From Eledone cirrhosa (Eukaryota), in contig OZ024744.1 of NCBI GenBank assembly GCA_964016885.1, positions 45,880,001 to 45,944,000 of the forward strand: a DNA stretch of 64,000 nt. The letters run 5' to 3'. Below, piece by piece: positions 54,013 through 64,000 of this stretch. The position numbers and the translations under genes were made by a program. The notes below the pieces were generated by a model. The model made no database searches. It saw only the letters and a list, made by a program, of their open reading frames with translations, and was not told where the DNA came from. Numbering within the stretch: position 1 is the first letter of the stretch; every line of letters starts with the position of its first letter.

Positions 54013-55809
54013 ATGTATGTATGTGTGTATATGTATATATATGTATGTATGTATGTGTGTATATGTATATTTGTGTACGTCGCCATATATGCATGTGTGT
54101 ATATGTATACTTGTGTACGTCCCCAAATATGTATGTATGTTTATGTGTATATGTATATTTGTGTACGTCGCCATATATGTATGTATGTTTGTGTGTATAT
54201 GTATATTTGTATACGTCGCCATATATGCAAGTATGTGTGTATGTATATGTATATTTGTGTACGTCGCCATATAAGCATGTATGTATGTGTGTATATGTAT
54301 ATATATGTATGTATGTATGTGTGTATATGTATATTTGTGTACGTCGCCATATATCTATGTGTGTATATGTATATTTGTGTATGTCACCATATATGTATGT
54401 ATGTATGTGTGTATATGTATATTTGTGTACGTCGCCATATATGTATGTATGTATATGTATATTTGTGTACGTCGCCATATATGTATGTATGTGTGTATAT
54501 GTATATTTGTGTACGTCGCCATATATGCATATATGTGTTTATGTATATGTATATTTGTGTACGTCGCCATATATGTATGTATGTATTTGTGTATATGTAT
54601 ATTTGTGTACATCGCCATATATGCATGTATGTATGTGTGTATATGTATATTTGTGTACGTCCTCTTCTATGTATGTCTGTATGTGTTTATTTGTGTACGT
54701 CGCCATATATGTATGTATGTATGGATGTATGTATGCATGTATGTATATATATATTTGTGTACGTCGCCATATATGCATGTATGTATGTGTGTATATGTAT
54801 ATTTGTGTACGTCGCCATATATGTATGTATGTATGTGTGTATATGTATATTTGTGAACGTCGCCATATATATATATATGTATGTGTGTATATGTACATGT
54901 ATGTGTGTATATGCATATTTGTGTTCGTCGCCATATATGCATGGGTGTGTGTATGTATATGTATATTTGTGTACGGCGCCATATATGCATGTATGTGTGT
55001 ATATGTATATTTATGTACGACGCCATATATGTATGTCTGTATGTGTGTATATATTTGTGTACGTCGCCATGTATGTATGTGTGTATATGTATATTTGTGT
55101 ACGTCGCCATATATGTATGTATGTATGTGTGTATATGTATATTTGTGTACATCGCCATATATGTATGTATGTGTGTATATGTATATTTGTGTACATCGCC
55201 ATATATGTATGTATGTGTGTATATGTATATTTGTGTACGTCACCATATATGTATGTATGTGTGTGTATGTATATTTGTGAACGTCAACATATATATATGT
55301 ATGTGTGTATATGTATATTTGTGTACGTCGCCATATATGTATGTATGTGTGTATATGTATATTTGTGTACGTCGCCATATATGTATGTATGTATGTGTGT
55401 ATATGTATATTTGTGTACTTCGCCATATATGTATGTATGTTTGTGTGTATATGTATATTTGTGTACTTCGCCATATATATATGTATGTATTTGTGTATAT
55501 GTATATTTGTGTACGTCGCCATATATATATGTATGTATTTGTGTATATGTATATTTGTGTACGTCGCCATATATGTATGTATGTGTGTATATGTATATTT
55601 GTCTACATCGCCATATATGTATGTGTGTATATGTATATTTGTGTACGTCGCCATGTATGTATGTATGTATGTATGTATATGTATATTTGTGTACGTCGCC
55701 ATATATGTATGTATGTGTGTATATGTATATTTGTCTACATCGCCATATATGTATGTGTGTATATGTATATTTGTGTACGTCGCCATGTATGTATGTATGT
55801 GTGTGTGTA
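54013..55809 (+). repeat. Satellite C array
   Basis: Same GTACGTCGCC core within TATG/TG microsatellite. Confidence 0.95.
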
Positions 55810-56152
55810 TTATTTCATCATTATTTCATTTCACGTCCGCTTTTTCCCTGCTTGCTGGAGTGGGACGGGAACTGATTCTGGCTTGATTTCTACAGCTGGA
55901 TGCCCTTCCTAACACCAATCTCATTTACAGTGAGTGCTGGGTGCTTTTTTGGAGTGGCACCTCCACGACCACTTTGCAGTGGAATGATATGAACTCCATT
56001 CCCTATCATCTCATTTCTACAGCTGAGTAAACTGGAGCAATGCGAAATAAAGTGTCTTGCTCAAGGAAGCAACACATCACCCGGTCTGAGAATTGAACTC
56101 CCAACCTTTCGATTGCAAGGCCAATGCTCTAACCAATAAGCCATGTACCTCC
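55810..56152 (-). mobile_element. Second tRNA-derived SINE family (~340 bp) with a CORE-like central segment
   Basis: The minus strand starts GGAGGTACATGGCTTATTGGTTAGAGC (A box), then GAGTTCAATTCTC (B-box-like), then CCTTGAGCAAGACACTTTATTTC (CORE-like, from recall), and ends in an ATG/AAT-rich tail. Confidence 0.8.
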
Positions 56153-56748
56153 ATGTATATGTATATTTGTCTACATCGCCATATATGTATGTATGTGTGT
56201 ATATGTATATTTGTGTACGTCGCCATATATATATGTATGTGTGTATATGTATATTTGTGTACGTCGCCATATATGTATGTATGTGTGTATATGTATAGTT
56301 CTGTACGTCGCCAAATATGTATGTATATTTGTGTATGTCGCCATATATGTATGTATGTATGTGTGTATATGTATATTTGTGTACGTCGCCATATATGCAT
56401 GTATGTATGTGTGTGTATGTATATTTGTGTACGTCGCCATATATGTATGTATGTGTGTATATGTATATTTGTGAACGTCAACATATATATATGTATGTGT
56501 GTGTATATGTATATTTGTGTACGTCGCCATATATGTATGTATGTATGTGTGTATATGTATATTTGTGTACGTCGCCATATATGTATGTCTGTGTGTATAT
56601 TTGTGTACGTCGCCATATATGTATGTATGTGTGTATATGTATATGTATATTTGTCTACATCGCCATATATGTATGTATGTGTGTATATGTATATTTGTGT
56701 ATGTCGCCATATATGTATGTGTGTATATGTATATTTGTGTACGTCGCC

Positions 56749-56779
<31 letters not shown>

Positions 56780-56865
56780 ATGTATGTATGTATGTATGTA
56801 TGTATGTATGTATGTATGTATGTATGTATGTATGTATGTATGTATGTATGTATGTATGTATGTAT
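56153..56865 (+). repeat. Satellite C array ending in an almost pure (TATG)n tract (~56753-56865)
   Basis: Read directly from the sequence. Confidence 0.95.
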
Positions 56866-59448
56866 TCTCTTTCTCTTAATTTCGAGTATATTTTTTTGAC
56901 CGGCCACCTTCCTGGTGGCAAGGTTGTAAAAGAAAAGAAATTGTCATCCCTTGAATCGCAAGAATGTTTTGCAAATTTTGAAGGTGCCAGCTATCGCAGC
57001 CATTTGTAGACTATGAATTAGGGAGCTGCGCTTTTTGTCCGCAAATCCAAGTTCAGTCATAACTTGGTCCAAGCGGGTTGGTATATAACCCGTAGCACCA
57101 ATAATGATGGGTATGAAGCTAAAGGTGTATCTTGGATACTGGATTTGTAAACTCCTCATCAATGGTCCGTAGATGTCCTCCTTCTCCTGTATTTTTCTGA
57201 CAACGTTTACATCAAGTGGTCAGCTCATCTCCACAACAGAACACGTTTTCAATGTGTGGTCCCAAACTACAATATCAGGCCGGTTGTGCTTTAATTTGGT
57301 GGCAGTTTTTATTTTCAGGTTCCACCAGTATTCCTTAGTGCCATCTGTCTCAATATATTCTTCCTCGTTTGTTGTTAATTTTGTTTTCCGAAGTGCGTTC
57401 CAGATAGTTCTAGCTATCCCATCGTGTCTCATGGGGAGGTAGTAGCGAGATGACATTCTTTCGCAGCTGGCAACAATGTGGCTTACATCCTCGATCTTTG
57501 TTTTACATAGCCTACATTTATTGTCAGCTGCTGGCCCTCCTCTTTTGTGCAGCAGATATTTGGTAGGGAGTTCTTGTTCCTGTATTGCATAGAGATATCC
57601 CTCAAGGTGTGATGTCATAAACTTGTCGGAACTCCATGCCAGGCTTTTTGAGTGGTTTATCCCCTCTATGGTCTGTGTTTTACGCCTCAAGTATCCATGC
57701 ACAACTTTCTCTGTAAATTGGTCAATTTTTTTTTCTTGTTTGAACATTGAATAGGATCTTCCGATTTCTCTGGGTGAGAGATTTATATCAGGCTTTATTC
57801 CATATCTCTCCTCCAGATCAGTCGCTATTCTAATGATATTTCTTTTTTTCATGCTCATAAACCAGAGCAAGATGGTCACCAACCTTATTCCTCTGTTGAA
57901 GGTGTTGCTTCAGTGTTACTATCCGGGTCTCATATGTTGTTAATATTGATTTTAGACCCCGGCCACCATCCTTGCGTGAGAAGTATAGCCTATCCACATC
58001 ACCATTGATGTTAAAGTTCCCAGTAACACTGAGAAGTTTTCGAGTTCTAACATCCATCTCACTTAGTTCTTGCAATGACCAGTTCAGTAGGCCAAATGTT
58101 GGCGTTAGAATTGGCACAGCATAGGTATTGTGGGCAATGTATTTGTTGTATGCTGACAGTTCTGATGACCATATTTTTTTTACTCTTCTGAGGTATTCAG
58201 TTCTGGTTCTCTCCTTATTTATGGGTCCATCATATCTGACATTCTCATCCTGTCCAAGATATCTGTAGTTGTCACCTGACTGCAGAGGTTGTATTGTCAG
58301 GCCGTTCATCTCTAGATTTCTAGAGGAGGGCACAGCTCTTCCACGTTTTACTGCCAAATATGCACACTTGGACTCACCAAATTTCATTTTGATGTCGGTT
58401 GAAAATTGTGTAATGAGGTCCAATTGTTTCTTGATGTCATTGATATTTGGCCCATACAACTTCAGGTCATCAACAAAGAAAAGATGGGAGATACTTCTGG
58501 GCCCACTTCTTTGTCCACCTTGTTTCCTGAGTAGGTAAGATAGTGGATTCAGTGAGAGAACGAAGAGTAGTACTGACAAGCTATCACCCTGAAAGATGCC
58601 CTTCTGGTAATGTATCCTATCAGTCTTAACCTGCTCCTTCTCACCTCTAAGGATCAAATTGGTGTACCAGTTCTTGGTCAGGCGTTCAACAGCAGCTACT
58701 AATGGTTGTGGGACTTTAGCTAACTGTAAAGCCTTAATAATCCACCCATGAGGTACACTATCAAATGCTTTTTGATAGTCCAGCCACACGACAGTCATGT
58801 TTCTGCGATTCTTTGTTGTTTTTTCCTGACTCATTTTGTTAGTTAGTAGGTGATCTATGCAACCCCACACCTCCCTCTTTCCACCAGCTTGCTCAGGTGT
58901 TATGATGTTGTTGGTAGCACAGTGATCCTGTAAGAACAGGTTAAGGCACCCAGTATATAATTTATACATGATGTTTTGGCAGGCAATTGGGCGGTAATTT
59001 TTAGCAAGGGTGGTTTGGCTATTTTTGGGAATTAGGAGAGTAGTGGCAGTTGATAACCATCTGGGCAGTTCTTGTGTGCCCTTAATGGTTTCTGTAAACA
59101 GCCGTATGAGATCTTGCCGATAGAAAGTGAAATTCTTCAACCAGTATCCTGTAATGAGGTCTGGGCCTGGCGATTTCCCATTCGACATTTTCTGTAGAGC
59201 TGTTTCCAGTATTGACTCATCTATGTCATATTGTTTTGTCTGGACATGTTGGCAGTAGTCCTGTTCCAGTTGTTTTAGCCAATTAGCTTGTCTGTTGAAT
59301 CCGTCATCCGTTTCCCATACATATCTCCAGTAGTTCTCAACCTGTTCTTTTGAAGGGGTGTCGTTTACAGGGATTGAGCTTTTGCCACCGAAGCTGCGAT
59401 AAACTGATTTAGGATCTCTGGCAAACAATCTATTTAGCACTTGTCGTT
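56866..59448 (-). mobile_element. 5'-truncated non-LTR retrotransposon with a restriction-like endonuclease (R4/Dong-like clade)
   Basis: Unique 2.58-kb block bounded by (TATG)n on both sides, encoding RT followed by CCHC and PD-(D/E)xK-type motifs; short 3' UTR at 56866-56943. Confidence 0.9.
56944..59448 (-). pseudogene. Disrupted RT-RLE polyprotein ORF (reverse transcriptase, CCHC zinc knuckle, restriction-like endonuclease)
   Basis: RT motifs YRPIAC, WLDYQKAFDSVPH, GIFQGDSLS, HLFFVDDLKLY and YRYLG; CRLC-x8-H-x4-C followed by RHD; RPDIVVWD...VVEMS*PLD. There is a frameshift in an A run at ~57845 and an in-frame TGA at 57220-57222. No native start codon is present. Confidence 0.92.
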
Positions 59449-60625
59449 TGTATGTATGTATGTATGTATGTATGTATGTATGTATGTATGTATGTATGTA
59501 CGTATGTATATGTATATTTGTATACGTCGCCATATATGTATGTATGTATTTGTGTATATGTACATTTGTGTACATCGCCATATATGCATATATGTATGTG
59601 TGTGTATCTATATTTGTGTACGTCGCCATATATGTATGTATGTGTGTATATGTATATTTGTGAACGTCGCCATATATATATGTATGTGTGTATATGTATA
59701 TATATGTATGTATATGTATATTTGTGTACGTCGCCATATATGCATGTATGTGTGTATGTATATGTATATTTGTGTACGTCGCCATATATGCATGTATGTA
59801 TGTGTGTATATGTATATTTATGTACGATACCATGTATGTATGTATGTATGTGTATATATTTGTGTACGTCGCCATATAGGTATGTATGTGTGTATATGTA
59901 TATTTGTGTACGTCGCCATATGTATATTTGTGTACGTCGCCATATATGTATGTATATGTGTATATGTATATTTGTGTACGTCGCCATATATGTATGTATG
60001 TGTATGTGTATATGTACATTTGTCGCCATATATGTATGTATGTATATTTGTGTATGTCACATTATATGTATGTATGTGTGTATATGTATATTTGTGAACG
60101 TCAACATATATATATGTATGTGTGTATATGTATATTTGTGTACGTCGCCATATATGTATGTGTGTATATGTATATTTGTGTACGTCGCCATATATGTATG
60201 TATGTATGTGTGTGTATGTATATTTGTGTACGTCGCCATATATGTATGTATGTATGTATGTGTGTATATGTATATTTGTGTACGTCGCCATATATGTATG
60301 TATGTGTGTATATGTATATTTGTGTACGTCGCCATATATGTATGTATGTGTGTATATGTATATTTGTGTACGTCGCCTTCTATGTATGTCTGTACGTGTG
60401 TATATGTTTATTTGTGTACGTCGCCATATATGTATGTATGTATGTGTGTATGTATATTTGTGTATGTCGCCATATATGCATGTATGTATATGTGTATATG
60501 TATATTTGTGTACGTCGTCATATATGTATGTATGTATATGTCATACATAAATACATATATGTATATGTATGTATGTATATGTATAAATATATATGTATGT
60601 ATATGCCATATATATATGTATATCT
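59449..60625 (+). repeat. (TATG)n tract followed by a Satellite C array
   Basis: Read directly from the sequence. Confidence 0.95.
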
Positions 60626-60631
60626 ATTTCA

Positions 60632-61236
60632 GGTCACCAGTTGGTGCTACTGGTAACATGTATCCCAGTACAATCTGTCCCATGGTCGGGTCGTTGGCGA
60701 CTAAAATGGCAACCCCACCAAGGTTTCTTGGTGATGAGGGTGACTTTGGACATCCTGCAGGACTAAAAAGAAAACCTGTGAAAGGGCAAAGGAGCTCTTA
60801 AGAGTCAATGGCCATCCAAAATCACCGGGAGAGATGACCCCTTAGCCTTTGTCAAGGCAGAATTCTAGGAGAAGGAAAACTCTGCTATAACACCTGCAAC
60901 ACTGATGGTATCCAATTATGTTGACTTGTTCTTTTTGGTAAATATCATCTTGGTTAAGCGAGTGGGACTGGCTTTGTGCAGTGCCTTTGCTCACTATAAA
61001 AGCTTCACGGCACAGGCATTGCCTTATATCTAGAGATCTCTCTGCACTTGTCATCACATGGTACCATGGGCCCAGCACTATGTGTCAATAATTGTCACAA
61101 GTGTAGTGTTTGTACCAGAGTTTTCGAGTCACTGGCTGGACTAAAAAGTCACACTCGTTCAACGCATCGGTAGGGGTTCTCCTACATGGATATAAAGTAG
61201 TGGCCGTACTCGAAAACGAGTTGGCAGCCACCACCA
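60632..61236 (+). mobile_element. Short (~600 bp) non-autonomous or internally deleted RTE-like retroelement
   Basis: 61102-61173 translates to CSVCTRVFESLAGLKSHTRSTHR*, a C-x2-C-x12-H-x4-H finger like the C-terminus of RTE-clade ORFs, followed by a short UTR and a (CCA)3 tail. The 5' part contains GGAGAAGGAAAACTCTG, recalled from RTE 5' UTRs but unverified. No RT is present. Confidence 0.6.
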
Positions 61237-61625
61237 TGTGTGTATATGTATATTTGTGTACGTCGCCATATATATATGTATGTGTGTGTGTATATGTATA
61301 TTTGTGTACGTCGCCATATATGCATGTATGTATATATATGTATATTTGTGTACGTCGCCATATATGCATGTATGTATGTGTGTGTATGTATATTTGTGTA
61401 CGTCGCCATATATATATGTATGTGTGTATATGTATATTTGTGTACGTCGCCATATATGTATGTATATGTATATTTGTGAACGTCGCCATATATGTATGTA
61501 TGTGTGTATATGCATGTATTTATGTGTGTATATGTATATTTGTGTACGTCGCCATATATGTATGTGTGTATATGTATATTTGTGTACGTCGCCATATATA
61601 TATGTATGTGTTTGTGCTGTGTGTG
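61237..61625 (+). repeat. Satellite C array (last block)
   Basis: Same GTACGTCGCC core. Confidence 0.93.
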
Positions 61626-62308
61626 TTTAGCCTTAACTTTTTATGTATATGTATATCATGCTTTTCTATGTGTTTTTGTGTTTTAGTTATAGTTTTTTTG
61701 TTTCCTCGCCTTTGTTGTTTGTCTTTACCCCCGTGGCTGTGCATGTTTGTTTTTATTTCATTTTTATTTTTATTCTTATTTTATATTTATTTTGGATCAT
61801 TTTGTTTGTTTTTATTCATTTATAATTTATATATATATTTTTTTGTATAAGGTTATTTATTTTTATTTTATTTTTTATTTTTATTATATTATTTTACCAT
61901 TTCATTTTCATATTTTAATGTATGTATATATTCTTATTTATATGTGCGTATATAGTCGTCCATCAACTACTATATACCTATTTTTCTTCTACCTTCATTT
62001 ATGTATACGTGTTTTCAAATGCGTACATACACATATATTTTTTACTATACACATGCAATGTATATGTAGATTTATCTATGCATGTATGTATATATAAAAT
62101 ATATATATATGTAGAAGTTATATTTAATTTGTTGGGATACAACAAGCAAATATTTTTATAACTGATATAAAGCACTCAACAAATTTTTGGAGTAAAAATA
62201 CAATATATTAACAAATGAAAAGCTCCAGGATAGTTCTATCCGGGAGCTTCCAACCGACATGGTCGCATTCTTTAAGGGTATGTCAATATTTGTTCATAAA
62301 ACTGATCT

Positions 62309-62384
62309 ATATTATATTTTATCTGATGAAAGGGCACCATAATTTGCTTTGGTGTCCTTGAAATATGTATAATGAAATAAATAT
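62309..62384 (+). ncRNA. Type I hammerhead ribozyme motif
   Basis: Stem I ATTTTAT (62316-62322) pairs with ATGAAAT (62372-62378) and is extended by ATATT/AATAT; core CTGATGA at 62323-62329; 10-bp stem II AAGGGCACCA/TGGTGTCCTT; GAAA at 62360-62363; minimal stem III T-ATGT-A; predicted cleavage after AUA at 62371. Confidence 0.75.
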
Positions 62385-63040
62385 GGTTTTATAAATATAG
62401 TTTCCATTTGTTAATATATATATATATATTCCCCTCTTCCGACCAACCCAACCACGGATTACACATATTGGACATCGCTCCCAAGAATCAACCACATCCC
62501 AAGGATATTACCCAGCATTCCACCACATCCTCTCCGGAACTACCTTAAGGACTCACCCACTGACATAGACTCAAAACATTTTTTTATTTCCCACACGCCA
62601 CCTACAACACGCATAAACACCACACACACGTGCGTACCACCACATATTTACACACTCAGCCTCCGGAATCCTCTCCCCCCACCCCTCTGACCCCTCCCCA
62701 TCCACACACCGACCTACACCCCACCCCACACACACCTTTTCCTGAACATGCAACCCCGTTCTTCCCCCAACTCTTACTTTCACATACACACACACACACA
62801 CGTACACCTACACACACACACACCACCTTCAGCCCTCCCCGCCTCCCTCTCCCCATTCCACCCGCCACCACCCCTACACGCCCACACCCTTCCACCACCT
62901 GTTTTACTTCATGTTTATTTTTATGTTTATTATGCTTTTATATTTAATTTCATTTGTACCGTTTCCTCTCACCCTTTTTTCTATATGTCTCTTCACCACT
63001 CCCCTACACACCCTTGGAACTCTCTTCCCACACACTTTTC

Positions 63041-63072
63041 ACCTGAAGAAGGGCTTATGCCCGAAACGTCGT
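63041..63072 (+). ncRNA. Minimal hammerhead motif of the Penelope-like-element type (probably degenerate)
   Basis: CTGAAGA-A-GGGC-TTAT-GCCC-GAAA-CG-TC; stem III is essentially absent (ACGT palindrome) and stem I is only ~2 bp. Confidence 0.6.
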
Positions 63073-63159
63073 TCCCCACCACCACCCCACTCCCAAGAGC
63101 GTGAAACTAATAACCCTTTGTTCGTACTGCCTCTGTTTTGTTCCCGTTCAATTTTTTAC

Positions 63160-64000
<841 letters not shown>

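Larger units (their letters stand above)
51536..55809 (+). repeat. Second copy of the Sat-A end, SINEs, foldback cassette, flank and Sat-C block (tandem segmental duplication)
   Basis: Landmarks recur: 48955 at 52391, 49653 at 53468, 50011 at 53878; SINEs at 51702-51877 and 52152-52326. Confidence 0.92.

Noticed and set aside
56075-56152. tRNA gene (also considered for the heads of the Sat-A SINEs)
   Set aside because: A and B boxes are present but I could not build a clean cloverleaf, and the sequence continues into a SINE body and tail.
50011-56907. Long M/Y/V/C- or H/I/T/Y-rich ORFs up to 665 aa
   Set aside because: TATG/TG microsatellite lacks stop codons in most frames, so ORFs are open on both strands at once; there is no domain signal.
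56866-56943. The R4/Dong-like LINE as mobilising partner of either SINE family
   Set aside because: Its 3' UTR shows no convincing similarity to either SINE 3' end, and the tails differ (TACA versus ATT or ATG).
57173-58538. Plus-strand 89-aa ORFs at 57173 and 58269
   Set aside because: They are antisense shadows of the LINE coding sequence.
59449-60019. N-terminal ~190 aa of the 729-aa minus-strand ORF
   Set aside because: It is read-through into (CATA)n and Sat-C; real LINE sequence starts at about KRQVLNRLF (~59448).
60640-60720. Complete HDV-like ribozyme at the 5' end of the RTE-like insert
   Set aside because: P3-like and P4-like hairpins and a CTAA are present, but I could not place P1 and P2 in the required nested double-pseudoknot order.

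Overview
This is repeat-dominated eukaryotic DNA with no intact host gene; the SINE types, the R4/Dong-like LINE and the long (AT)n tracts suggest a cephalopod or other mollusc, which is an inference. Positions 1-48950 are one strand-asymmetric satellite (Sat-A): a conserved ~40-bp core TTATTAAAGCATATAGATGTAAGTGGAGTTACTTAAATGAAATT separated by variable poly-T linkers, arranged in nested higher-order repeats of about 0.6 to 9.35 kb. About 33 same-orientation copies of a ~170-190 bp tRNA-type SINE are embedded in Sat-A, and one is a fresh insertion with a perfect 16-bp target-site duplication. The array ends in a foldback cassette at ~48950-49980: a 54-bp tandem array, 142-bp inverted repeats around a ~200-bp spacer, and a few inverted Sat-A monomers. 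Histone-mRNA-type stem-loops (GGCCCT-TTTA-AGGGCC-ACC) sit at the cassette junctions on both strands with no histone gene nearby. The cassette and its flanks are tandemly duplicated (~3.4-3.9 kb period). A second satellite (Sat-C: ATTTGTGTACGTCGCCA cores in TATG/TG microsatellite) follows. It is interrupted by a minus-strand CORE-like SINE, a 5'-truncated R4/Dong-like LINE (reverse transcriptase, CCHC, restriction-like endonuclease; one frameshift and one nonsense codon) flanked by (TATG)n, and a short RTE-like remnant. Near the end are two hammerhead-ribozyme motifs and an ~840-bp (AT)n tract. Nearly all ORFs in the supplied track are repeat artefacts. All alignments and counts were made by eye.
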